From: Lama guanicoe
Taxonomy: Eukaryota
Length of the DNA: 64,000 nt
Reading direction: 5' to 3'
Assembly: GCA_013239625.1 (NCBI GenBank)
Contig: MU056050.1
Coordinates: forward strand, 4,783,366 to 4,847,365
Position 1 is the stretch's first letter; each line of letters opens with the position of its first letter. Under the pieces are notes generated by a model that ran no database searches, was not told where the DNA came from, and was given only the letters and a program-made list of their open reading frames with translations. Shown piece after piece: positions 39,325 through 53,311 of this stretch. Made by a program: the position numbers and the translations under genes.

Positions 39325-40456
39325 TATTTTTAACAGTTGTGTTGAGGTAAAAGTCACATACTATAAAACTTGCCCTTTTAAATGGTACAGTTCAGCAGTT
39401 TTCAGTACATTCCCAAAGTTGTGCGTCAGTCATGACTAATTCCACAATATTTTCCTCACCCCGAAATGAAACTTCATATTCTTAGCCAGTCATTTCCCAT
39501 TTTCCCCTTTCCTGAGTTTCTGGCAGCCACATATGTTTTCTATATCTATGGGTGTACCTATTCTGGACAATTCATACTAATGGAAATCATACAATATACG
39601 TGTATTATAATTCATACAGTAAATCTCTACCACGTGTAACTACCAAACTGCTTTCCACGGTACCTATATAATTTTACATTTCCATCAACAATGTACTAGG
39701 GTCCCATTTGTTCCAATCCCTTTGCAATACTTATTTTCTTTTCCTTTTTTCATTGTAGTCATGCTAATAGGTGTGAAATGTTATCTCACTGTGATTGTAG
39801 TTTGTGTTATCCTGATATCTAATGATGTTGATCATCTTTTCATGTGCTTAAAGGCTATTTGTGTATCTTTATGGAGATGTTTATTCAAATACTTTGCCTA
39901 TTTTTAATATGTTTTATTCATTTTACTGTTGAGCTGTATGCATTCTATATATATTCTGGATAATATATGCTTATCAGATAGTATGGTTTGAAAATATTTT
40001 CTTCGATTTTGTGAGTTGCCTTTTGACTTCTTTGGTAGTGGGTCTTTTTTTTTAACCTTTTTAAAATTTACATATATGTACTGTTCAGTGTTTCTAAGAA
40101 CAGTTTAGAGCTTTAGCTTTTTAAACTTATATATATTTATCAAAGGAATAAAGCCAACCACAAAATAAGAGTCAACAGAATACAGTAATCCAATCATAAA
40201 GGACAGTTAAATGTGCTTACATATATTCAATAAATCAGTCATCTAAGTTATAAATAATAAATAGTTCATTTGTGTCCTGTTTTTAGATTCCACATATAAG
40301 TGATAGATATCATATGGTATTTTTCTTTCTCTTTCTGGCTTACTTCATTTACAGTGATGATCTCCAGGTCCATCCATGTTGCTGAAAATGACATTATTTT
40401 ATTATTTTTTATGGCTGATTAGTATTCCAATATATAATGGAATACTAATCTATCTA

Positions 40457-40488
<32 letters not shown>

Positions 40489-42745
40489 TCTCACATCTTC
40501 TTTATCCAGTCATCTGTTGATGGACATTTGGGTTGTTTCCATGTCTTGGTTATTGTAAATAGTGCTGCTGTGAACACTGGGATGCATGTGTCTTTTTGAA
40601 TTATATTTTTCTCTGGATATATGCCAAGGAGTGGAATTGCTGGATCACGTGGTAAGTCTATTTTTAGTTTCTGAAGGAAACTCCATACTGTTTTCCATAG
40701 TGGCTACACCAGTTTACATTCCCACCAACAGTGTAGGAGGGTTCCTTTTTTCTCCATATCCTCTCCAGCATTTATTGTTTGTACACTTTTTAATGATGGC
40801 CATTCTGACTGGTATGAGGTGATATCTCATTGTAGTTATTATTTGCATTTCTCTAACAATAGTGATGTTGAACATCTTTCATGTGCTTCTTGGCCATCTG
40901 CCTGTCTGTCTTTGGAGAGATATCTGTTTAGGTCTTCTGCCAATTTTTTGATTGGGTTGCTTGCTTTTTTTGATATTAAGGTGTATGAACTTTTTGTATA
41001 TTTTGGAAATTAGTCCCTTGTTGGTCACATCATTTGCAAATATTCTCTCCCATTCTGTAGGTTGTCTTTTTGTTTTGTTGATGATATCCTCAGTTGTGCA
41101 AAAAAAGTTTAATTAGATCCCATTTGTTTATTTTTGCTTTTATTCCCATTACTCCAGGAGCCAATTCAAAAAATATATTGCTATGGTTTATGTCCAAGAG
41201 TTTTCTGCCTATGTTTTTGTCTAGGAGTTTTATAGTATCTCATCTTACATTTAAGCCTTCAATCCATTTTGAGTTTATTTTTGTATATGGTGTTAGAGAA
41301 TGTTCTAATTTCAGTTGTTTACAGGTGACTATCCAGTTTTCCCAGCACTGCTTATTGAAGAGATTGCCTTTTCTCCATTGTATATTCTTGCCTCCTTTGT
41401 CATAGGTTAATGGACCATAAGTGTGTGGGTTTATTTATGGACTTTCTATCCTGTTCTATTGATCTATGTGTCTGTTTTTGTGCCAGTACCCTACCATTTT
41501 GATTACTGTAGTTTTGTAGTATAGTCTGAAGTCAGGGAGTGTGATTCCCCCCTGCTCTGTTCTTTTTCAAGATTGTTTTGGGTATTTTGTGTCTTTTGTG
41601 TTTCCATACAAGTTTTAACTTTTTTTTGTTCTAGCTCTGTGAAAAATGTCATTGGTAATTTGAGAGGTATTCCATTGAATCTGTATATTGCCTTGGGTAG
41701 AAAGTCCATTTTAACAATATTGATTCTTCCAATCTTGGTAATGTCCTTCGAAAAACAGATTTCTTTTAATTTTGATGATATCTAGTGTATTTTTTTTGCT
41801 TATACTTTTAGGTGTCATATTTTTAAAAAGCATTGCCTTACCCAGGGTCATGAAGACTTACTCATATGTTTTTTTCTAAGAGTTTTATAGTTGTATTTCT
41901 CACATTTGGGTTGTTGATCGATTTTGAGTTAATTTTGAAATATGGTGAGATATAAATTTCCAACTTCATTCTTGTGCACATGGCTAGCCAGTTGTCCCAG
42001 CGCCATTAGTTGAGAAGACTATTATCTCTTCATTTTATTATCTTGGTCAAAAATTAATTTATCATAAATACATATTACTTTTTGTATGTGGAGGAAGTTT
42101 TTATGTGTTTTGTGTATACCAAGTATGGTTTTTTAAAATACTTTTACACACAGACTCTCAGTTCTGTTCTGTTTGTTTATTTGTCTATCCTTATGCCAAT
42201 ACCATACTATCTTGATTTCTGTGGCTTTATATTACAGTAAATGGGGAAGTGTGAATCCTTCAACTTTGTTCTCCTTTTCCAAGATTGTTATGGATATTTT
42301 AACCCTTTGCATTTCAGTAAGAATTTTAGGATCAACTTGTCACTTTCCAATGAAAATTGTCACTTGGTATTTTGTTAGGTATTGTATTGACTCTATATAT
42401 CAATGTGGGGAGTATTAAAATCTTGATAATACTGAATCTTCTGATCTAAGAGTATTGAATGTCTCTCCATTTTACTAAATCTTTAATTTTCTTCAACAGT
42501 GTTTTATAATTATCATTGTACAAGTCTCACACTACTTTTGTTAAAGTATTTTTAAAGTATTTTATTTTTGATAATATTGTGAATGGAATTGTCTTCTTAA
42601 TATTATTTTAGATTGTTCTTTGCAAATATACCAAAATCCAGTTGAATTTTTTTTCTTAATCTTAATATTCTGTGACTTACTGAACTCACTTAGTGACTTT
42701 TTTATTTAGTCCTTTGGATTTTCTACATACAGGACTATGCTGTAT
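39325..42745 (-). mobile_element. Older L1 (L1MB/MC-like), 39325-40040 and 41735-42745, interrupted by a younger L1 chimera
   Basis: L1 3' UTR and antisense ORF2 motifs are continuous across the insertion. Confidence 0.82.
40045..41733 (-). mobile_element. Younger 5'-truncated L1 (40260-41733) with a non-L1 3' segment (40055-40258) and A tail
   Basis: ORF 41503-41709 ([16 protein letters not shown]); internal (TCTA)n at ~40447-40490; TSD-like ttggta(g/a)tg on both sides. Confidence 0.8.
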
Positions 42746-43100
42746 TGCAGGTTGTTTTTATAGCAAGAAGTAATTCTTACATACTTATCTCTGTCAGAAC
42801 AGATGGAGAAAAGTAGAACCATGTATTTCAAGATAATTGGAGAGACATATTACTTTTTGGATATGAAGAGTGTTTTTGTATGTTTTTTATATACCAAGTA
42901 TATGTATATTTTTAAATTCAAGTTAATACTGACCACTCCTCTCATATTATCAATCTGGCCCCTTACTTGTATTTGTGATTAATATTTGAATTTAAATTCA
43001 CATAACCTGAGCTTAATTGTTGGCTTTATTACAAGATAGCTATGTGGCTTAAATAAGCTATTAGTATTTTTTATTAATGTTCTTTTTTGGACTTCAGTAT

Positions 43101-43345
43101 GTGTCTTAATCAGCTTGGGCTGCTATAACAAAATATCATAGACTGAGTGGCTTAAACAACAGACATCTACTTTTCACAGTTCTGGAGGCTGAGTTCAAGA
43201 TCAAGATGCCCAAAGATTCAGTGTCTGATGGCCTCCTACTTCCTGGCTTGTAGACAGTCACCTTCTCTTTGTGTGCTCCCATGGCCTGTCCTCAGTGCTG
43301 GTGCATGGAGAGAGGGAGAGGGAGAGATGGGGAGGGAGAGACTGA
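43101..43345 (-). mobile_element. MLT1-type LTR fragment
   Basis: tgtcttaatcagcttgggctgctataacaaaatatcatagactgagtggcttaaacaac. Confidence 0.85.
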
Positions 43346-44184
43346 GAAGGACAGAGATTGTGACTAAGGATACGTGTTCTTTTTATCTCCTATGGAATAA
43401 AAGTGTTACTGTCATCCTAAGTAGTAATATTAGTCTACTTCCATCAACAACAGATGAATTAGAGAGTAAACACTGTGCACTATCAGTAGTGAGTACTTGA
43501 TCCTTCAATGCTATATGACCTTTGCCTTCAAAATGAACCTTCATTAATTAATTCTCTATTCACACTCTATAGCTTCCTTATGTAAGACTTACAGATTTTA
43601 CTTCAGTTTCTTGTACAGTCCATGAGCAGATTTTTAAATGATTACTCTCAATGACTTTTGAAATTGAAACACTTTTCCCAATATATATATATATAATACC
43701 ATTGTAGAGATGTAAACATGTACATAAAACATGCTAGTTACTCAACTGTGTAACTTTTTATATCATTACCTGTTATAAGAACATTATCTATTGTAAACAG
43801 AATGTTAGTCTATTCTGTTTTTTTTTTTACAATGAGGATATTCTCTATGTTGTGAAATAAATTATAGCAAGGATGTAATTAAGTAGTCTCATAGTATTCC
43901 TTGCTTTTGCTGTAGACTACTCTTCTGAAATATAACTTCAAAGACAAGAGATAATGCTTTCTGGTTCTGATAAACACAGACTGACAATAGAAGTTGAGCT
44001 CTGAGTAAGTGGTAAACTCTCTGTCAGAGAATATCAAAATAGCACCACTAACTTCTCATCTTCCTCCATCATATGATAAAAATCAACACCAACATATCTT
44101 TAGGTACAGTGCTGGATTATACATCTTAAATAAAACATTGCATCTATGCCTGAGAGATGATAGTATATGTGTCCTTTGCTTAGT

Positions 44185-44215
<31 letters not shown>

Positions 44216-44589
44216 GAAAAAAAAAGATGTAAATCATTCTGCTGCTTACAAATAGAAGGTAAAATCTCTTCCATGATTTAGAAATGATAACTCAACCTCT
44301 GTGGCACATAATCATACATTTAGATTCATATCTTTAGACTTTGAATAGATAGCCTATTATTTGTAATAATCTCTCTAAATTCAGTTCCACTGACTTTTGT
44401 AAGGTTTATGCAGCAGGATGGAACTCTGTATACAGGCTATAAAATAGTATTATGTGCCAAGCTCTGTTTTGGGAAAAAAAAGTTTTTATGATAACTACAA
44501 AAGAAATGAAAGAAATGAGAGTCCACAGAATCTACATATATACTGTATCTTCAGACAACCCCTAGACTTCCAAGAATTTAAAAGCTTAC

Positions 44590-44649
44590 TTAGGGCCTTA
44601 GTGACAGCAGATACAGGATTCTGACAGGGCAGTTGTTTTCAAGGATTGC
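44590..44649 (-). pseudogene. Candidate exon, 60 bp, phase 0-0: AILENNCPVRILYLLSLRP*
   Basis: Acceptor ttctagtttgtatcag, donor AA|gtaagc; the last codon is TAA. Confidence 0.5.
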
Positions 44650-45099
44650 CTGATACAAACTAGAAGCCATTTTTAAAGATTCTAAGTTCCTACAAAACTG
44701 AGTAATTTCATGTTCTTCTTCAGGAAATGATTAGAATACAAAGTGGTATTGATTAATGACCACTCAAAAGTCTTAAAATTCATAGCTGTGAAGATAAAGG
44801 CAAATATCTGTTTATTGAGAAATATTAAAAATGATTATTATATACCTTGATCCACATATGTAAGCTTGAATGTGGGTAAATGGTAATGTAATGGGTGAGA
44901 GATCTTAAACCAGCAATATTGCCCTATAAGAATCAGTTCTCTTCTGAATTTGTTTTGTGTTACCCAAATAGGGCACCAGAGGAGGGACTGATTCCATATA
45001 TTGACCATTTTTCCATTGAAATACCAAAAGAGCCAGTTAAGTCAGTATTCTGTGAATTCAGATACATTTAAAACTAAGTAAAATAGTATCTTGGAATGA

Positions 45100-45440
45100 A
45101 GTATCTATATGTATACGTAAACACACACACACCTACATGTTTTTATATGTGTGTATATACTTTCACTTTCATTATATATACATATACATGTTTATATAAA
45201 CACATACATATGTTTATATACATATACAAAATATATAACTACATATATACATACATGTGTGGCAATTCTCTCTGGCTGTACATACATATATAGCTTTATA
45301 TATAGTGATATATACTTACATAAATATATAGGTATACATCTGTACATATATGTCTATATATCATATATACACACATATGTATATGTGTATGTGTATATAT
45401 GTATATAGAGACATATGTATAGATATATAACATATATAAA
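45100..45440. repeat. Degenerate (TA)n/(CA)n/(TG)n low-complexity tract
   Basis: Direct reading. Confidence 0.9.
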
Positions 45441-47144
45441 ATAATATTCTTTAGATAGTGAATGGCTTGTCACACTTCTGAATTAGAGCTGATAAAATAA
45501 TCACACCCAAATCTCAGTATTTCTCTATATATTTGTGCTGAGTTCAGTGTTCAGTTCTCGCTTCATTTCTATTGCTCCAGTTGCTTCTGTTCCTTTTTTT
45601 AAAAGTTTTACTTATCTATGAACCATAGTCAGCTCAACTTTCTACCAAAGCAAATACCCTTTACTAATGTCTTCTGACAAAATGATTTTTTGTATAATAT
45701 TTCTAAAAATTCCTTTCAAGCTGTAGTGGGACAGAGTATTAAAGAACTCCCTATTTAAGGTAGCAAAAATATATATTTTAAAGTTCCTATTCAAATGTTT
45801 ATAAGAATCCTCAGCTCAGCCAGAATATCAGTGTTCTTTGATTGCTTATTATGCGCCATTTTCAGACATTTTCCCAAACATAATAGGTAGGGTTAAAAGT
45901 CTGTTACTTGCTTTTCTGGAGTCTAGTTGTTTTACAATTTAACCTAAACTATATAGGCCACACTTAGACTCTGTAAGAGAGTTTTAATTGTCTACCTGGG
46001 TTAGTCCAATGATCCTCACAGCTCAGATTTCTGTTTTGGGCAGGAACAATTTTCTTAATTGTTGTAATTTTTAAAAGGCTCAATAATTCCTTGTACCAAA
46101 CTATCTGAACTTAACACTGATTTAATTTTTAAAGCTCTCTGCCTATATTTGTGACTGTAATTTTATACTTGACTAGTTTGCTTCTTCATTTTTATTTGCA
46201 GATCTATGTTATCGTCGTCTTTCTGATATAGTAAGCCAGTAACAAGCAGAGGACTTTGAAAAGAAACATTTGCAAAAACACAACACATATATGTATCACA
46301 GTATATATAAACAAATTGTTCATGATATGCTTGATTGTAGCATAATGTTAGGTCTAGTCTGATTCATGATTATGCCAGAATCATCTACTTTCCCTTTAAG
46401 CTTGAGGCTCCTCTCATGTTTATACAAATGGGGAAAAAAGTAACATCAAAAAAAGAACATATAACACCACTCAGACCTAAAATTAAATTCCTGGCCAAAA
46501 ATGTCCCCACAAAATAATATACAAACAAAAACCATAAAAACAAACAAAAAAACCCCTCCAATTTTACACTTTAGGAAGAGTTTCCACTAGCTGTGTGGCT
46601 GGAGGAGTAGGAGTGAGAACAGTAACATCAGTAAACCCTTCATTGTCTGTTACATGAAGTAGAGAAATCCTTGTAACTCGTTAGAAGGAAGAGGCCCATT
46701 TGACTAAGAAGGGAGGAATGTGTACTAACTACCCTGAGTCTGTATCAAACAGAAAATTGAGTAGCCATTTCTTTATTGCTAATATATTGTTTTGCAGAAA
46801 GCAATTACTTTGTGCTATCCACATTATCTGCATTCATTTAGAAAAATTTAAATAAAGGAAAATAAAAGAAGACCCCCTCCCCCCCCAAAAAAAAATCAGA
46901 AGGGAAAAGAAATCGATGATGATAATCATGGCAGATTGTATTTTAGGAGGTATAGTCATAATAAATGAAGTAATTTAGATAGTGTGAGACAGACTTTTGG
47001 TGACTGTAGATGCTAGGTATTGTAATTTTGGTGTTCTTAATAAGTTAACAATATCATTAAAGAAGGCATTAAAGGCAATATAATATCCCATCAGAATATT
47101 GTAGTGCTTGACTATATGAATTCTAGCTAAAAATAAAAATTTGC

Positions 47145-47251
47145 CTGAGAAATAAGCATATCAATTGACTCTTGGGCTAAAGATTGGATAAGGGGACTAA
47201 ATAAGCCTCTCAGGATAAAGTCAGTTGACCTAGAGGAGATTCTTGCACCTT
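47145..47251 (-). pseudogene. Candidate exon, 107 bp, phase 1-0: GARISSRSTDFILRGLFSPLIQSLAQESIDMLISQ
   Basis: Strong acceptor (tattttctttcaccttactacag); donor CAG|gcaaat (GC donor or mutated GT); open frame. Confidence 0.55.
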
Positions 47252-47444
47252 CTGTAGTAAGGTGAAAGAAAATACTCTGTAGAATTCTTTCCATCAGGAG
47301 GTTTATAAGCAGGTACAAAAACAAAATTGCAGTCAAACAAAAACAGCAGTACCATCCCTCATCTCCCATGGATCTATTAAAACAAATACAGCGGAAGAAT
47401 GGAAAAGCATAGTATCAGAGTGATTCATAGGAGTTTCTGAGAAA

Positions 47445-47795
47445 CAAATGTCTGCATCTTAATCCCTGGAACATGCATGTATGTTAGGTTATTATGACAA
47501 ATTACAATCAAGTTTGCAAATCAACTGACCTTAATAAAGGAAGATTTTCCTATATTATCTTGGTGGGCCCGATGTAATTAGGATCCTTAAATGTGGAAGT
47601 GGCAGACAGAGAAGCAGTCAGTGTCAAAGTGATGAAATATGAGAAAGTTTCCCCTTTACTGGCTTGGAAGATGGCAAGTGACCATGAGCAAAGGAATTTG
47701 GGCAGCTGGCAAGGAAATGAAATCTCTGGTAGAGCCTCCAGAAGGAACTTAGTCCTCCCAACACTTTGAGTTTTGTCCAGGAAGACCTGTCTCTC
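47445..47795 (+). mobile_element. MLT1-type LTR fragment
   Basis: ggtgggcccgatgtaat...ggcaaggaaatgaaatctctggtagagcctccagaaggaac. Confidence 0.78.
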
Positions 47796-47854
47796 GAGGA
47801 TATGTTGCTAGAGTATTATACAATTGGAAAGAGTGAGATGGAAAAGAAAGAAAC

Positions 47855-48065
47855 ACCCCATTTGGAATCAGAGAAGTTAGGTTCCAGATCACAGTTTTAT
47901 CCTTTATGTCTGCATTATTCAAATAGTCTCAGTTTTCTCATCTGTACAATGGGAACAATAAATTAAGTACCTACCTCAATGGTTTTTGTTATATCAAATG
48001 GATATGCATGTGCAGTGCTCAGAATTTTGCCTAGCATGTAATATGCATGTAATTAATATTAGTTG
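47855..48065 (+). mobile_element. MIR SINE
   Basis: tctcagttttctcatctgtacaatgggaacaata...gtacctacctca. Confidence 0.82.
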
Positions 48066-48124
48066 TTAGTAGGTCAGGGATTTCCTGGAAACCATTTCAT
48101 AGAAGATTAAAAAACAGGAGTAAT

Positions 48125-49350
48125 AGTTTATTGTCTCACATTCCATTTTATACATATACCATACTTTATTGAGTCCATAGTCAATGAGTATTTGAATTGT
48201 TCCCAGCTTTTGTCTATTATAGGTAATACTGCTATATACATTCTTGTGCATGCATCTTGGTGGAAATATGTGTATAATTATTGAGTGTAATTTCTCGGTC
48301 ATAAGTTATTTGTGTCTCTACCATTGATAGACAATGTCAAAGTGTTTTCCAAAATGGTTATATAAATTTACATTCCCATCAGTAGGATATGAGAGTTCCA
48401 GTTGTTCCTTATCTTGGACAACTGTAATATTGCTGGTATTTTTTCTTTTATGCCATTTGAATACATATGTAATGCAATTCATTATGGTTTCAATTTGCAT
48501 TTCTCTGATGGCTAATTTTTTTCTTTTTTTTTGCATCTTATGTATAATGGTCATTTGAACATCCTTTTAAAAATGCTTATTGAGGTCTTTTGTCTATATT
48601 ACTTGTTTGGATGATTGAATTTTTCTTACTGATTTGTAGAAGTTTTCATGTATCCATATGTGTACTTTGTTGCTTATATTTTTTCCCACTCTGTGACTTT
48701 GCTTTTCACTCTCCCAGTAGTGCCTGTTGATGAAATTGCTACTCTAATATAGTTGAATGTATTGTTCTTTGGTTATTGCTTTTTGTGTCCTGAGGGATTT
48801 TACAGAATATTGTAAAGACATACTCTTATATTCTACACATTTTATTGGTTTGTCTTTCATATTTATGATTTACAATCCACCACCTGGAATTTATTTTTGT
48901 GTATGATGTGAGGTAGTTTTCTTCTTTGTAGATGTATTTTTATTTAAAATGTCTTCATTTTACTTTCATTTGCTTTGAAGGCAGTTAGAAAAAGGAAAAA
49001 AATTTGTATTATATATCTATCATCTGCAATGTTGCTGTATCTACTCTTTATTCATTTTTATATATATGACTTAGATACAGCCATTTCTTTTCAGTTTGGA
49101 AAAACTTACTTTAGGATTTCTTGTAACATAACTCTGTAGACATCAAATTCTCTCAGATTTTATTTATTGATAAAATGTTCTTATTTCACATTTATTTTGA
49201 AGTGATATTTTTAAGGAATATAGAATTTTATGGCTATTTTTCACCTTTCCTTTGCTTTAATGATGCCCTTGCACTGTATTTAGCCTCCATTGTTTCTGGT
49301 GGGAAGTTCAGCATGATTTGTATTCCTGTTTCTTTTTATGGCACATTAAT
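48125..49350 (-). mobile_element. Ancient L1 fragments
   Basis: ORF 48318-48554 (AIREMQIETIM) plus further antisense L1 motifs. Confidence 0.7.
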
Positions 49351-49359
49351 TATCTTATA

Positions 49360-50215
49360 AAACAAATGGTCCTTGAAAAAATAATATTATTTTAAAGTGG
49401 GTTTCATATTAAATGTAGAGGTAAAATTATAACTGTAGCATAAAGGGTAGGGAGTGATAAAGCAGTTACACTGTTTTAAGATTCTTACACTTGTGTAAAA
49501 AATGAAGTGCAAAGTGATATTTTATTTTATTCTAAGTTGGCTGTGGTAAGAGTACATATCGTAATCCCAAATGCAACAACTAAAAATAATAATAAGAATC
49601 TAAAAAACTAAAAATAACAATAAGAGTGATACTATAAAGATAATATAGAAAATCCAATGGAATAATATAAAAATACTACACTGACACAAAATAAAGTAAC
49701 AAAGGAAAAAAAAACAGATGAGACAAATAAGAAATAGCAAAATGGTAGACCTGAAATCAATTATGTCAATTACTACATTAAATACAAATGGATCAAACAC
49801 ACTAATTAAGGCAGATATCTTTAGATTGGATGAAAAGCAAGACCCAATTATAAATTGTTTAAAAGGGTAATAACTTTAAATATAAAAAGTTATAAATGTA
49901 AATATATTTATAAATAATATGAAATAAACAAGGACTATATTAGATATAAACAGAAAATTTCATAATGATGGAAGAGTTCAGTAGGAGTATGTAAACATTC
50001 TAAATGTGTTTTCAGCTATCAAAGAATTTCAGAACACATTAACATAAACTAACAAAACTGAAGAAAAAAAACAAAAAACCTCCATGATCATAGTTGGAGG
50101 TTTTAACACCTCTGTTTCTCAGTTATTGATAGAACAGGTAGATATAAACTTAACAAGTATATAGAAGACTTGAATAATACTAACAAGTAATTTGACCCAA
50201 TTGACATGTATAGAA
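49360..50215 (+). mobile_element. Ancient L1 inter-ORF / ORF2 endonuclease fragment
   Basis: caattactacattaaatacaaatggatcaaac...aaaagcaagaccca...atagttggaggttttaacacc. Confidence 0.75.
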
Positions 50216-50728
50216 CTCGAAAAAATTCACAAGTGTCTAGAAATTATACAACACACTCCTGAACAACAAAAGGGACAAGGAAGAAAGCAAAAGAAAAGTC
50301 AAAAGGTATCTTGAAACAAATGAATATTGAAAAACAAAGTACCAAAACTTATGGGATGCAGTGAAAGCATTTGGTGGGGGGAGTTTATAGTGATAAAAAC
50401 CTACATTAAGAGAAAAGAAAGATCAAAAATAAAATAAAATAGAATAACTTTACACCTCAAGGAACTGGAAAAAGAAGAACAAACAAATTTCAAAGTTAGC
50501 ATAAGAAAATAACAAAAATCAGAGCAGAAATAAATGAAGTAGAGACTAGAAGAACAATAGGAAAGGTCAATGAAACTAAGAGCTGATTTTTTTGAAAAGA
50601 TAATAAAACATTGCTAAATTTTTAGCTACACTAACTCAGAAAAAAAGAAAGAGGACCTACGTTATGATCAGAAATGAAAGAAGAAACATAGCAGATACCA
50701 CAGAAATACAGAGGATTACAAGAGACTA

Positions 50729-50920
50729 CATTTGACCTGTGAACAATGTGGGGGTTAATTCACCTGTGACTTATAGTTACCCTTCCCTGTCCAAGGTTTT
50801 TCTGTATCCATGAATTCAAACAACCTCAGACCATGTAGTACTGTAGTATTTACCATTGAAAACTATCCACATATTAGTTGATCTGTGCAGTTCAAACCTA
50901 TGTTGTTCAAGGGTCAGCTG
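50729..50920. mobile_element. MER8-like Tigger MITE inserted in the L1
   Basis: TIRs catttgacctgtgaacaa / ttgttcaagggtcagctg; TA duplication on both sides. Confidence 0.85.
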
Positions 50921-53273
50921 TACTCTGAATAATTTATATACCATCAAATCAGATAACCTTAAAAAAATACATTAATCTCTAGAAACGCATAAACTACCAA
51001 GACCAAATCAAGAAGAAACAGAAAATCTGAACAGACCAAATAGGAGTAAGGAAGTTGAATCAGTAGTCAAAAACTTCCGAAAACAGAAAAGCCCAGGACC
51101 AGATGGTTCACTGACAAATTCTACCAAACATTTAAAGAAGAATTAACACCAGTTTTTCTAAATCTCTTCCAAAAACTTGAGGAAGAGAGAATACTCCCAA
51201 ACTCATTTTATGAGGACAGCATTATCCTGATATCAAAGCTATATAAGGACACAAGAAAAGTACAGATCTATATCCCTGAGGAATATAGATGCAAAAATTC
51301 TCAATTACATATTAGCAAACCAAAATCATCCATTAAAGAGATCGTTAACCATGATCAAGTGGGATTTATCCTAGGAATGCAAGGATGGTTCTACATATGC
51401 AAATCAGTAAATTTGATAACCATGTTAATAGAATTAAGATACAATCATATGATCATCTCAACAGATGCAGAAAATGCATTTGACATAGTATACAATCTTT
51501 TCATGACAAAAAGCTTTAAGAAATTGGGTATATAGAAGGAACATAGCTCAACAGAATAAAGGCCATTAATGACAAACCCACAGTCAATGTCATGCTCAGT
51601 GGTGGAAGGTTGAAAACATTTCTTTGAAGACATGGAACACTTACAAGTGTGTCCATTCTCACCACTCGTAATCAGCGTAATCCTAGCCAGAGCAATCAGG
51701 AAAGAAAACAAAAAACAAAAAAACAAAAGACATCCAAATAGGAAAGAAAGTAGTAAATTTGTCTTTGTTTGCAGCTGATATGATCTTACATATAGAAAAT
51801 CCTAAAGACTCCACCAAAAAACTGCTCGGAGTAATCAACAAATTCATTGAAGTTGAAGGATACAAAATCAACATACAAAAATAGTAGTGTTTATATATGT
51901 AAATAACAAAACATTTGAAGAGGAAATAAAACAATCCCATTCACATAACATCAAAAAGAATAAAATACTTAGGGATAAATTTTACTAAGGAGGGGAAAGA
52001 TCTGTATGCTGGAAAACTACAAGACTTTGATAAAAGAAACTGAAGACATGAATAAATAAAAAGATATCTAGTGTTCATAGATCACAAGAATTAATATTGC
52101 TGAAATGTTCATATTACCCAAAGCCATCTGTAGATTCAGTGCAATCTCAGCTGTGATTGCAGTGGCATATTTTTTATCAAAGTAGCAAATAATCATCCTA
52201 AAATCCGTTTGGAGCCACAAAGGACCCTAAATAGCCAAAGCAATTCTGGGAAAGGTGAACAAAGCTAGAGGCATTACATTTCCTGATTTTTATAGTAATT
52301 AAAACAGTATGGTACTAGCATAAATGTAGACCAGGGGAGCAGAATAGAGAGTCCAGAAATAATCCCCTGCATCATATGTAGTCAAATAATATTTGACAAG
52401 GGAGACAAGAATACTCAATGGGGAAAGGATAGTTTCTTCAATAAATGGTGTTGGGAATATTGGATAACCACATGCAGGAGAATGAAATTAGAATGAACTT
52501 AAAATGGAGTAAAGACTTAAATTTAAGACCTGAAACCATAACACCCCTAGGGAAGAAGACTTTGGGAAAAGCTCCTTGAGGTTGGTTTTGGCAGGGATAT
52601 TTTTGAATATGATATTAAAAGCACATGCAACAAAAGCAAGAAATATAAGTGGGGCTACATCAAAGTAAAAAGCTTCTTCATAGCAAAAGAAACAGTCAAC
52701 AAAAAGCCACCAATGTAATGGGAGGAAGTATTTGCAAATCATGTATCTGATGGGGGTTAATATCCAAAATGTGTTAACTCATATAACTGAATAGCATAAA
52801 AAGAAATAGCCTGACTTAAAAATAGGCAGAGGAACTGAATAGACATTTTTCCAAAGAAGACATACACATGGCTAACAGATACATGAAAAGCTGCTCAACA
52901 TCACTAAACATCAGGGAAATGCAAATCAAATATCACCTCACACCGGTCAGAATGTCTGTTATCAAAACGACAAGAGATGGCAAGTATTGCTTAGGGTGTG
53001 GAGATAAGGGAACTCTTGTGCACTGTTGGTGGGAATGTAAATTAGTACAACCACTATGGGAACAGTATGGAGGTTCCTCAACAAAAATTAAAAATAGAAC
53101 TACCATATCATCCAGCAATCCTGCTCTAGGAAATATTCACCAGAATTGAAATCAGAATTTCATAGAGGTATCTGCACTTCCATGTACATTGTAGCATTAC
53201 TCACAATAGCCAAAAATATGAGAACAACCTAAATGTCCACCAATGGAAGAATGGATAAAGAAGATGTGATTGA

Positions 53274-53275
<2 letters not shown>

Positions 53276-53309
<34 letters not shown>
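53276..53309 (+). repeat. (CA)n microsatellite
   Basis: Direct reading. Confidence 0.95.

Positions 53310-53311
<2 letters not shown>

Noticed and set aside
43769..43786. 18-bp minus-strand AG/GT segment
   Set aside because: Its only open phase is incompatible with the neighbouring exons; expected by chance.
45096..45408. Tyr/Ile/His-rich ORFs
   Set aside because: Translations of TA/CA low-complexity sequence.
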